Origin: Octopus bimaculoides
Taxonomy: Eukaryota
Direction: 5' to 3'
Assembly: GCF_001194135.2 (NCBI RefSeq)
Contig: NC_068988.1
Span: 59,369,604-59,433,603 of the forward strand
Length of the DNA: 64,000 nt
The position numbers and the translations under genes are program-made. Within the stretch, counting starts at the first letter, position 1. Each line of letters starts with the position of its first letter. Under the pieces are notes generated by a model. The model was not told the origin of the DNA. It made no database searches and saw only the letters and a list, made by a program, of their open reading frames with translations. Below, piece by piece: positions 11,967 through 24,280 of this stretch.

Positions 11967-13509
11967 TGATTTTTTAATCTTTTACTCTTTTATGTATTAC
12001 TAATATATATTTGTGTAGCACACAGTCTTTGCATATGTATGTATTCTTATAATATACCCTTTTCTATGGGAATAAATAGACATAATAGAATGTCTACTGG
12101 CTGATGTATGTCATTTTTGTATCCACTCCATTTTCTTTTTGCCGTATAAATTAAAGGTACACCACTATTTACCCCCGCCCATATATGACACTTGAATGCG
12201 AAATTGCCATGCAATAACCAGCACTTGGGTATTAATAATTGGGCACAGTACCAGCAGTATATTGGACAGGTGCTATCCCTTAGTTAGTTGGCTTCCCTTC
12301 TTCTAACTCTCACATAAATATATATATAGAATTAGAATAGAGGATGTATTAACCTCTTAAAGGGATGATTACATCCAAGAAACTACTGGTTCTTTACCTT
12401 ATATCTTTGGGAAATAAAATTTCCCTAATCGGTATGTATATATTAAGTATAAATTAAGAGGAGAAAATGGAGAAATGGTGGTTAATATTTTTTAAATAAT
12501 AAATTGATAATTTCAGTGGAAAAATTGATAATCATTTCTTCCTAAAACCTTTTCCATTTCTACTCATTGCATAAGTTACAAATTTGTGCATTAAATTTGC
12601 ATTTATAAGTTATTTACAGTTATTATAAATTATTTGCAGTTTATTCCCCGAAAGAGAAAATTTCAATATATATGCATCATTACTTCCTAAAATGTGCCTC
12701 TAAACGTATGCTACGTACCTGTCAAATCTATTCCTATGTGAATGTATAATTCACGAGAAATTCACCAAAGAAATAACAGCATTAGCATTACATTCATGCA
12801 TACTTACTAACGTAAATGCAGACACACATACACGTATACATACAAACACACAAACATATAAGTACGTAGTTAAAGTGAATCTTCACCACTTTACATGATG
12901 AAACTATACCTCACTATAATGAGTGTGTTTTTGCGTGTTCTTTCGTTTGGAGAATTAGAAGTCAAACCAGCCCTTAATGTATTTTAAATGTTAGAATACA
13001 TTCGACGATGTGTGCGTAGATATAAAGAAAGTGATAATGGTCGCGTGTGGAATGCTTTCTTTCATAGGACCGCTCGACTAGGATTGACTTTTGTCTAATC
13101 AATAATTAGGAATTCAAGTACACGCAAACGAACAAATCTCAACTATTTTACATTATTGTCTATTGCTTTTAATGACCAGTACTAGTTCGTTCTGTCTTGT
13201 CTGTATATAACTTTTTATCAGCCATGTCGGAGAAACTTTTACATAGAGACCACGTTTATATGATGAACATATAAAATAAGCCTAAATAACGTTAACTTTG
13301 GTGAAACAATACCTTATGTGTGCGTGTGCGTGTGTGAGTCTGTGAGTGCATGGGTGCGTATTTGCGTGTGTGTATGTGTGTATGTGTGATTATGTGTGTG
13401 TGAGTGTGTGTGAGTGCATGAGTGCGTATTTGCGTGTGTGCGCGTGTGTGTGAGTGTGTGTGTGTGTATGTGTGTATGAGTGATTGTGTGTGTGTGTGTT
13501 TTCTGACTA

Positions 13510-13708
13510 TGAGTGATTGTGTGTGTGTGTGTGTCTGTAGAGGTTTCATGGGTTGATATTCTTTCATTCGTTGAACTGTTTACCTCGAAATGACTGACCC
13601 TTCAGCAACCCTAATTTCATTTAGAACAATTGTCAACTTATTTTAAACGACCGTATCTTGCCGAAGCAGTGGAAGTTGTATACTCAGGTAATCTAGTCAG
13701 CACAAAAG

Positions 13709-13741
<33 letters not shown>

Positions 13742-13848
13742 CAAAATGAAATAAGTCGCTTCAGAAAATTCTGACTTGCAATGGCATGCATGCATTGATT
13801 ATAATGGAAATGGCTAGGTGCTATATTTCTACTCGCTGCGTAGTAGCG
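13510..13848 (+). repeat. Local duplication copy 2 (partner 9281-9592)
   Basis: As copy 1, with an expanded poly-A tract at 13708-13740. Confidence 0.9.
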
Positions 13849-15462
13849 TAGAATACGTATGGGACATTGAGGAAGACAAGGAAATTAATCACAATACGTC
13901 AGTATCAGTTAACGAAGTGATATTACAAAACTTTGAAGTCTTATACTGAATAATTCAAAATTGTTCTGACAGCGAAAAGAATTTGGTAGTTTTCTATGAG
14001 TGTGTTGTGTTTACCTTTATATATTTTGTAGGGAAATTTTCGGAAAAGTGAAAATATTATTTGATGTTGTTTGTGAATAATTTTCACATAACAGTGAACT
14101 GTTTACAAAGCATTCAGTGTTCTGAGACAAATTACCCATTGTGTTATAAATATACATGGGTTTCTTTGGTTATTGGTTCGTTTGTGTTAATGACATTGCT
14201 GCACTTGCTGACATAGCGATACTTCATTTTGTGGACCTTCTTTTAACGGTGGCTGCTTATCAAAGGGAAATGTTATAATTGTGGAAATTCTAGTATCTGA
14301 AGTCTATTTAAACAGCATACATCACCAAATGTTATACGAGTGGGAATGAAGGGCATTAAAACCTGGTTTGTCGATCAAAGGAAAAATAGAACCAAATGCA
14401 CGGCGTTTCTACCTTATCTAATTAATTGGAGGTGTCAGCTTCCACACGGTCAAATGAACATGTATCAGAAATCGTAAGACAAAAATAGATTAAGTAGACT
14501 GTGCCCAAAATAATGTATACGAGTAGGAACGCTGTGTGCATTATGACTGTCAGTTTTAAGTTTTAAGAAGCATGTGCTCTCCTACAAATGATTCATTAAA
14601 AAGTAGTATTCCTTAAGGGAGATAGATGGCACGTAAGCGTACATAAGTCAATGACACATAAATACGGAAAGAAGAAACAATAGTCTCATAAAGTAATAGA
14701 GAAAATGTGAAACAGCACATAGCAATCTCTTCGTCATTAAAATACGAGAAAGCATCAACCTAGGCGATCAGTCCACTACAATAATCAATGAAATAACTCT
14801 TTGATCAAAATTATTATATGGTAAACATAACAAAAGAATACAGTGGCTATTATGAACCTGTTGGAAGCCTGATGCACGAACTCCTCTGATCAACTTCCGT
14901 TCCAGTCACTTTTGGATGGTTATTGAGTTTGAAACAAAATTTACTTCAGGCAAATTTCCACCATCTATAGCCCAGCTACGAAGGAGCTCAGCATCCTCTA
15001 AATCACTATCTATCAGCTGCTTATAAACAACTGAGATGTCTTTTTATAAATCTTCCATCATATCCTGAGAGGTTACTCTACACTTGTCGTCACATATCTT
15101 CAAACTATACGATATTTAATTCGCTATCTGCGGGATCATCTTATAAATAAATATGTATATATTCGCCTATCATAACACTGAAAGGGGGAAATGTTTAGGT
15201 TGGCGCCTTTGTTGTGAACAACATCTCTTTGGTTTGTATTAAACTGTTAACCTTAAAATAGCAGACCTAGTAATAATATGTTATTGCAACCATATACTAC
15301 AGCAGCACACTATTATAATAACTTGATTAGCATGGGGCATACACTCGAAGCCAAATACACTGTTTCGCAGTCTACATGAAATTTGTGGTATTGATATTAT
15401 TTTCGTTGCTGTATCAATGTTTCTCACTTTTACTATCTCATCTTTACAATTTGACCAGTCAG

Positions 15463-15670
15463 TTTGTGATTATTACAGTTTATATCAAGCTATAAAAACC
15501 ATTGATGCTTGTAATGATTTTTCTGACATTATATTCAACTTTTACTATTACACTCGGTCAGATGTAAATGTTACGACAGAAATTTTTATCGCTTGTAATA
15601 TACACGGTGTGGCACCTAATTACGGTTTTAAACGTTGTAAGTTTAACTTTTACGGAGATCGACATTACCT
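15463..15670 (+). CDS. Candidate internal coding exon, Cys/Tyr-rich, unknown product
   Basis: Pyrimidine tract and CAG acceptor at 15460-15462, open frame VCDYYSLYQAIKTIDACNDF...IACNIHGVAPNYGFKRCKFNFYGDRHYL, GTGAGT donor at 15671. Confidence 0.4.
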
Positions 15671-17490
15671 GTGAGTTATTCAGTTACGAGGAAGTGAAAT
15701 ACTATGGTTTCCTGTAAAGAAAATGTGCTATTTATTTACAACCAATATGCTCTGCGATCAAACCCAACCGAATTCAACATAGTGTTTCCAGTTTCAAAAG
15801 TGGATAATATAATTCAACATATTAATATTGACATCATTGATTATGTCATTTATTAAAAATTGTGGCCTTCTGCCGGATGAGGGAAATCATTATTGCCTTT
15901 TATTTTAGATACACATACACTATAGTAAAATCTTTATCATTTCTAATGTAGTCCTTTTATGGAAATGACCGATTTCTAATAATAATTCCAGGATCGAAAC
16001 TATGAGGATTCACTATTTAGTGAGAAAACATTCTCACCAAACACGTATTCTAGAGTATTTACAAGTAATCGTTTTTTATTTTCCGAAAGCAGTCGATAAA
16101 CAAGTAAAAATATTGGTTGTCAATTCCTGTTTTATAATTTGGCAACCAATCGCAGTTATAAACTATCATTTTAACTATAGTATCAAACATTTGTGAAAGT
16201 AATAAACACTGTGTATCTTTTGCATTTATTTGTGAATATATGGTTATATTAATTCGTGTGTTTGTGTAGTTTTAGATCTTTCCTGAACGATCAAACCAAT
16301 TGAGCTTTATGGCCCATAAATGAAATAAACTATTCCAAATTTGAATCGGTTCCTAGTTCCTTGAGAAATTGGGGTTTTTGTACGATCCGTTCTATAAAGC
16401 GTTATAATTAAAACTACCAAATCCGTCAGATGGAGCATATTCTATTTAGTTAATGCTCCGTTTGACTCTATAACCTGACATCTTAGCAATTTACGCTCTC
16501 TTTTAATCTATAGGGTAGGTCCGTCACCTTGGTATATCTTATTTTTGTCTCCCATCATATCTTAGAACGTAACACTTTATGAACTTTGCGACTCTTTTCA
16601 TTAGTCCTTGATCTCTTTTCCTATTACTCATTATGTCTCTGATTATTTATTCGCTATCGATGTAATTTGAGAGATAGTTGATTTCTACTTCGAGGAAAGT
16701 ATGCAACATCACATTTTCTTTTAGAAAACGCATCTGTGAAATACTATCGAAATAATTCTGTAATATACATATATAATATAAACGGGTACAACTGGCAAAG
16801 TAACGTTCATACTTTGCATAACTTTAGAAGTTGGAGACAAAGCAGAAACATTGTAGACATCGAATCAAATATATTGCCCAAAACTATTAAGTGATCCCTG
16901 AAATGTGCAAAGAAGAAAAGCAACGTTCAATTAATGGGACTTGGATTTTGAATGGAAATGTCAGTGAAAATATATTGTGAAATATTTTGTCTCAATAAAC
17001 ATCGTATCTGTCAATCTGGCATTAATTGATGCATTTAGTAATTTATAAGATAATAAGTTCACTGATGAGTAGACATCCCTTTCAATCAAATCAAATAGTT
17101 TGAAAGTATGAACCTATAATAGGAATGAGAAATACATGATAAGAATATTTTACAGCTTCTACTTATTAGGAGAAAATGAATTTCATGAAGAATAATTCCA
17201 TAACATTTCACTATGAATGACAACGTAAATCATTTATTATGATTTGAAAGTAAAATTTCTCATTAAAATTAAAATGTCAACACTGATATATCTAGTGATT
17301 ATCAAAATTGTAATGTATAGCGGATAGTTCATCACGCTTCATTGGAAGGTGATAAGTAAGAATGATATATGGTGTATAAGTGCTACTGGGAGAAGCTGAT
17401 CTAAAAATTTACATATGCTAGAACGAACAGCCAACTTTATCTGAAACAACATATTTTTTATTAAACCATGTAGATATATTAGATTGTGTA

Positions 17491-18115
17491 TTTGGTTACC
17501 CCATAAATAATGCAGTTTTCTCAATTAGAGGGATGCGGGATACAATAACTGCATCAGCTTGCTATAAAAATAGATGGTAATTTTACTTTGTCCTCATTCT
17601 GAGTGCAAGTAAAAAAGAGTGCAGTTCGATTTTAACAGTTATTTTTTTCAAAGGTATAATGAAAGTGACAAAAAAAAGAAAACATATTCGGCATATTTTG
17701 CTTTATAGGTTGAATAAAATCAACAAAACAACGGAAATTGCGAAGAATATTCATGAAGTATATGGGGATCAAACAAAAAGCGTAATCCAGTGTCAAGGGT
17801 GGTTCCAGAAATTCCGGGCCGAAAACTACAGCCTAGGAAACGAGCCTTATCCTGGGATATCTGTAGAGCCCAACGGAAACGTCCGGCAAACACTGCTGGA
17901 AGAAACTCCCTTCGTAACTGTTGAGGAACAAGGAGAGTAGCTTGGATTTGGTCATTCAAACATTCATCAACACCTGTGTGTCATCAGAAAAATCAGAAAA
18001 TTAGGTCAATGGGTTCCTCACAAATTTTCAGAGTCTAATCGCCGCATAAAGTGAATGTGCTCTCATTGCTGTTAGGTCTCACGAATGAACTAGTTTTGGA
18101 CCGAATAGTGACTAT
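17491..18115 (+). mobile_element. Mariner transposon, 5' half, degenerate
   Basis: MKVTKKRKHIRHILLY...EIAKNIHEVYGD...QCQGWFQKFRAENYSL.NEPYPG, then LGQWVPHKF (WVPHxL motif) and LDRIVT; starts after TA at a TIR-like TTTGGTTACCCCATAAATAATGC. Confidence 0.9.
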
Positions 18116-18524
18116 TCGTCTGTATATTTAGAATAATACAACAAGCTAAAGAACTAAAATTTAAAACCATAGAGAACATTAATAGACTGTTGATTAACAG
18201 CCCAGTCAAGATGGTAAATTCTTCATCTCCTACTCTTGTATTTGCACACATTTACTAACTGACTTTCTGAAATGAATTTCCATTATGCAGCTGAGGAGTA
18301 CATTTTCATTGCACATCTTATGTGGTGTTCTCACTACATAAATAAATGGAGTTTGTACGAAATGTACGTACTGCTATAACCTAATACATTTTTGTTGTTT
18401 TTCTTCAAATTTTATTCACCAAATCTCTTGGTTTTGTTTTTGGTTTTTACCCTAGCAAATTCTGGTGCCACATACATTTTAAGTACCACACTTAATCTTT
18501 TGATTAAATCTGTATTATTATATT

Positions 18525-18617
<93 letters not shown>

Positions 18618-18653
18618 ATATATATATACCCATGCATACATACATAAGCATAC

Positions 18654-19150
18654 ATTACTATTTGTAAATCTCTCGACGAGGGGCATTCAGTACCAATACT
18701 CCAGAGTAAATATTTGCCAACATAATGCGGCAGTCCTGGTTAGGACGAATGCGACTGCTATTTGGCGCGAGGAAACATCTTCACCAGCTGGCTATGCGGC
18801 ACACTAGAGTACTGTTACTGAATGTCTCTCTCTGAGAGATGTACAAATAGTAATTTTCTATTGTATTAGATCAGTAACTGTGTGTCACTTTGAAAACTAC
18901 ATATTTCGAACGAGAATCTAGCAGCGCCACCTCTAGTCGGACAATTATTCTGTGCTGATGAAGAGAAAAACCCCGGAAATCGCGGTACACAGATATTGTT
19001 TTGTGCTGACTGGGCATGCTAAACTCCCTTGTTCGGAATTACATGGACATAGATAGTGTGTGGTATAGCCAGTTGGAGACGATGTTTCCGGGGACTAAAT
19101 AGCAGTAACATTCCTCCTAACCAGAAATGCCATGTTATGTTCGCAAATAA
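18654..19150. mobile_element. Nested inverted-repeat element around a hammerhead motif
   Basis: 18654-18707 pairs with 18803-18854; 18711-18795 is the reverse complement of 19064-19149; flanked by TA/GT microsatellites. Confidence 0.8.
18949..18993 (+). ncRNA. Type I hammerhead ribozyme motif, core intact
   Basis: TCTGTG-CTGATGA-A-GAG-aaaaac-CCC-G-GAAA-T-CGCG-G-TA-CACAGA: 6-bp stem I, palindromic CGCG loop III, GUA site; stem II has one A-C mismatch. Confidence 0.75.
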
Positions 19151-19317
19151 TCTTTACTATATATGTGTGTACGTGTGTATGTGTATGTAGTTGGAATTTA
19201 CAAAAACAAAAAATAAATAATAGATAAAAAATAACAAACAAACAAAACAAAAGACGAGGACGAGTGTGAAAACAACAAACAAATATATTACTTTAACGCT
19301 CGGGATGTGGGAAAGTA

Positions 19318-19353
19318 TTTTACGTTTCGAGCCTACGCTCTTAGACAGAAAGG
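19318..19353 (-). ncRNA. Minimal hammerhead-like relic, core mutated
   Basis: Minus strand TTT-CTGTCTA-A-GAGC-gtag-GCTC-GAAAC-GTA-AAA; A6 and G8 substituted. Confidence 0.45.
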
Positions 19354-19433
19354 AACATAGATATAAACAGAGAGAGAAAATAAAAAAAAGGTTTAGTGGC
19401 TAGCGATCAATCATGGCGTATGCATACATACAT

Positions 19434-19469
<36 letters not shown>

Positions 19470-21039
19470 TATAATTTGACTTCAAATGGTCACGCTTGCA
19501 ACGATTCGTTTATAGGTCTATTTTTTAACGTAGGTGACCCGATTCGAACTACTATGAGACAAAACAAAATTAGTGAGTGCAATTTAGTAGCTTCCATTGA
19601 AATATCTCGAAATACCTGTAACTAGTTGTAACGATCCGTCAACCTTATAACATATTCAATAGGTCACATGCGTCCATTCGGATCTGCTCGTCTGGATGTC
19701 CCTTTAAATCATTGCATTTGAACATTATACATATATANNNNNNNNNNNNNNNNNNNNNNNNNNNNNNNNNNNNNNNNNNNNNNNNTATATATATATATAT
19801 ATGTATATGTATGTATTTATGTTTGTATGAATCTGCACCTCCTTACATGATGGAACATTCTACATCACTATAATGAGTATGTTTATATATATAATGACTC
19901 TAAGATATTTTAAATCTTCTGACTTAACATAGTTCACCGCGTATCAAAATGAAAATATATTCCTCACCACACTAAAGCAGTAATATTTTCCTTTAGATAT
20001 AAAAGGATTCGTTTCATTAAGTTTGTTTGCAACCGGGTAGCTTTTGTTTTTGAACACTGATGCTTGACTTCATTTTAGAAACAAAACCTTATCGTCACCA
20101 GCTTGGGATCGAAAATAATATATTATCTTTTTAACATAATGATATCGCGTAATTATTTTCCTTTTTGAAATTGTATTCATATTTTCTTGAATAGTATTGT
20201 TAGATATATTTTTGTATCTCTTTTAAGTAGATAATATTTTTGTATTTCTTTTAAGTAGATACATTCAGTCATGGTTCCGACAACTTTACTAAATTGCAGA
20301 AGACTCTCAATTAGTAAGAGACCCATCTATATCAATTAAGAAGTATTATCTACGGACAATACGTGTTTTGTTAGATGGATATATGTGTACCTCCATATGC
20401 TTCGGTGCAATTCTTTCTGCCTCTGTATATCTTAAATGCTTTCTACAGTTATTCAATATCGATTCTATGCACATTTAGATGGAATGCATAAGCTATGATA
20501 ATCAAAGTTTTCATATTTTCTGATATATCCTTTCAAGAGAGATCAATTCTCTCTTCACATAAATAATGTTGTTATTCCATGAGCAAAGCGCCAACAATTA
20601 CAGTTACGAAGACAAGAAATTAGTCGATATCCTCCACTGCCGTACTACCTTTTATTCAAGCCATACGGATAAAAGGCAAAGTTGACGTCAGCGGTACTTG
20701 AACTTAGAATGTAAAGATCAGAAAACAAAGAGAAGCATATTTCTGTAAAACAATCGTTTTCATATTTATTCTTAATAATTAGGGTAGTAAAATAATTAGG
20801 CTTATAAATAAGAGTATGAATTCTGTAATAATTCGATGGCTGTGGTGTTGATGCAATCTGGGAAAATTTAGATATGAGCCTTCCGTTATGGTCAGACGTT
20901 AGCAAAAGCTTTGTACGGTTGTCTTTAAACCCAGCGGAACTATAATCAAACGCACCCCAACTCTCCTACAGCCATCTGAGGATTGAAATATCTAAATCAC
21001 AGAATGTTATCTTTTCAAAAGATTGTAGTGTAATTTGAG

Positions 21040-21330
21040 AGATATATAGCCCTTATTTCAAGCATGTAAGGGAAACACAAAATCTCTTTATATTGACTTA
21101 TGCCTATTATTAATTGCTAGATGATGATTATTATAAGATCAGCTCTGGGTAAACGGAGTTATGAAAAGGGGCGATCCAAATATATTCCTTGCAGCTTTTA
21201 TTCATTTCAAGAATACCATTTTTGCTTTCTTTATCAGAAATTTCACGAACTATTTAAAGCCGAGGTGGAATCTTATGACGACAATTTGGCCCTCACTTAT
21301 ATTGAGTCAATAAACTATCTTTAATTGTTG
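21040..21330 (+). pseudogene. Possible ancient Ty3/Gypsy RT relic
   Basis: Frameshifted pieces IDL / YAYY*LLDDD and FQEY...FHELFKAEVESYDDNL loosely follow the DL..AY.Q, FQ..M, Y.DD order. Confidence 0.3.
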
Positions 21331-22977
21331 CTGCTTAACCCTAGGTTATCCCTGAGGAAGCTATGATACCATGCATTCTTCCTTCTGATCTATGTGCATG
21401 AAGCTATATCTACTCCCTTTCATGACAAAGTGACCTTACATTGGAAATTGTGTTCCGTGTTAAATGGTTGGTGGAAAACCCTGTCTCTCTAAGGGAGTTA
21501 CTGATGTGGTGATCTTTTATATGCCAGACAAAATAGTTTATGATCATTTCAGTTAAATTTCAAAATTGATCTACACAATCGCCATATTCAACAACAACTG
21601 CAGATCATGTAATATGAATGTATTACATTTTAACAATATTTAGATTACAGCAGTGAATTATGTTCTTCCGTAACGCTCACAATGACTTCCTGAAAGGCAT
21701 CAAACAACCACGAATCGATCGTTTTGTATTTTGACATATAAACAGGAATATTTATGAATTAAAAGAATAGAAATGCAGGATAAAATGAAAAAAAAATTCA
21801 TTATCACTACTACAAATGTTATTACAAAAATAATGTATATAAAGTTCCCAGGATAAATGACCATGCGCAAGTATTATATTAATCTCATGGCTAGAAAGGG
21901 AACATGCAGCATCAGCCACAGATACAAAACAATCCACTGCTCCAAAGAGAATTTCGAAACACGAAACACATTAAGTACCAAGTGAAGTTCATAATGATAA
22001 ATACCACGATAATACTACAATAAAACTAAAGTGCCACCATTACAGGTAATATGTAGTTTCACCATCGAAACTATTCTGTAGAATGAACCACAGAAAAATA
22101 GCATACCACGTACCTCTAAGGAACTATATAATTAACGATACAACGAAACGTAATGTATAATCCTGAGTTTTGCATATAGGTTATTTTCATTTGACATTCC
22201 GAGAGGATTACTTCTCGCATACATAAAACATAAAACACTGTATTGAATTGTGAGCCGTTTTGATCAAACAAGAAGCTATGTATTACACCCCCCCACACAC
22301 ACACACGCACGCACACACAAACAAAGGAAACTATATATACATCTACAGAGAGAGACAAGGGAGGAAAGAGAGAGAGAGCGATGAACATAGTGGAGGTAGA
22401 GAAAAATAGATAGGTAGATAGAAAGATTATTATAAAAGTACATAGTTAGAGACAGATGGAATGGTAGCTACAGGGATATAAGTGTACATATGCTTGCATA
22501 CACAGATATACATACAGAAACACAACGACACATATTTAGAAATACATATATGTAGAGGTGTATACGCTGCATAGCTGCTGACGGTCAGTAATTCTGTGAG
22601 GAGGTTGCCTGTTTCATATTAACATGGACATTTAACGGCAATTTCACCGTGAGAGTGGGTGAGAAGACTGGAGAGGTGCCTTACATGTACAATATACACG
22701 ATAGATAATTACTATGCATTCACTCATGCTGGCGCATACACACACAAACAGACACACATACAGTCACACACACAATCACACACACATATAGATATGCATT
22801 GGTGAAAATGTGTTAGAGTTGCAAAAGTTTATGCCTGGTAACAAGTTCTCTAACCACATGATTACGAGTTAAGGCCCACTGTGTGTCTCTTTGGGAAAGT
22901 GTTTTCTTCTCTACTCTTGAATCGAGCAGGGTCAGTCGTCTGAGTTCATTTTGTGGATGGTTACTAAAAGAAACGCA

Positions 22978-23140
22978 TCCGAAACTGCAAAGACGATCTG
23001 CTCCTCGACTGATGATCAAAAGTTCCGAATGACCCGTCCTTGTTTTCTCATGTCCTTTTTTGTATCATCTACTGTCCGAATGTTTTGTTGTCACCTGTTA
23101 CATTCTTGATACATTTTGTGTTTTGATTTTTTATATATAA
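22978..23140 (+). repeat. Dispersed repeat copy (partner 24112-24280)
   Basis: CCGAAACTGCAAAG.CGATCTGCT.CT.GACTGATGAT...TTTTTTGTATCATCT.ACTGTCCG.ATGTTTT.TTGTCACCTGTTA shared. Confidence 0.85.
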
Positions 23141-23271
23141 ATATAGCGGCGTACGCCTAGGCGGGCTATTTAAGCTAGTCGTGTACATACGTGCATATAT
23201 ATATGTGTATACATCCGTATATGTAAGTATACTGTTTATATATACATATTTGTATTTATGTGCTTGAGTAT

Positions 23272-23331
23272 ATTCCACCGATGAAGGCAAAGCATTATTT
23301 ATGCAAAGCCAGAAATCTGGGATCTGGAATT
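23272..23331 (+). ncRNA. Type I hammerhead ribozyme motif, U4C variant
   Basis: ATTCCA-CCGATGA-A-GGC...GCC-A-GAAA-TC-tgg-GA-TC-TGGAAT: 6-bp stem I, 3-bp stem III, AUC site, inner GCAT/ATGC helix in stem II. Confidence 0.7.
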
Positions 23332-23499
23332 ATCTTGTTATTTTACTGGTTTATTTTGTCTTCGTCTTCGCTCCTTGTGCTATGTGGACATTTATTGTGG
23401 TTTAGAGTCAGGATTTGACTGCTATTTTTCAGGGTGGCGGTATCTCTTAGATACCCTGTATTATAATTTATANNNNNNNNNNNNNNNNNNNNNNNNNNN

Positions 23500-23540
<41 letters not shown>

Positions 23541-24059
23541 AAATATATATATACATATATATATATATAAATTCTGTACGACTCTTACCCTTTCATTTAG
23601 CCACTTTCACAGTTTCTTCGTTCTTTCCACTTTTCTTTTTCTCGCTCCCACGTTCTCTCATATTTCTTGGCATTCCCTTCATTCTCATCACTTTCTCTCC
23701 TCCTCTACTTCACTCTGTTCCTTTCCTTGTGTCTTTCTTTCTCGTCTCTCCCCAGTTTTTTAATCCCTCTGCTCACTACCCCCTCCTCTCCTTGCACGTG
23801 ACTGGTGTTCGGCCAAGCCTGACTTTTCTTTCTTGGTTCGACAATCATCCTTGTAGCGTCTCTTGTATTTCTTCGCATGACTTTCATCCAGTATGTTTCT
23901 GCCCTAAGGCTTCACTTCCACACACACCATCTTAATTTAATTCATCCTGTTGTTAATCTCTGTCCTGTTGCTTCTATTTATAATTGTGTACCATTTCTCC
24001 GTTTTTTCGTCTTTGTTTTCCTATACATTCTCTTGCTTTCTTCCAAAGAATCTAGTACT

Positions 24060-24280
24060 TTTGGCTTAGATTTTCTTGGGGCCGGCCAGATTAGAGCAGT
24101 CACGAGATTAACCGGCCGAAACTGCAAAGGCGATCTGCTTCTTGACTGATGATTGAAAGCTCCGAATTACAAGTCCTTGTGTTTTGTTGTCCTTTTTTTT
24201 GTATCATCTGACTGTCCGGATGTTTTCTTGTCACCTGTTATGTTTTGTTCCATTTTTTTTGTTTTGATTATATATGTATA
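24060..24280 (+). repeat. Dispersed repeat copy (partner 22978-23140)
   Basis: See 22978-23140. Confidence 0.85.

Larger units (their letters stand above)
11170..11975. mobile_element. Inverted-duplicated non-coding element carrying two hammerhead motifs
   Basis: 11170-11222 is the reverse complement of 11917-11972, and 11540-11634 of 11837-11915; the right arm lacks the ~320 nt that separate these segments in the left arm. Confidence 0.85.
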
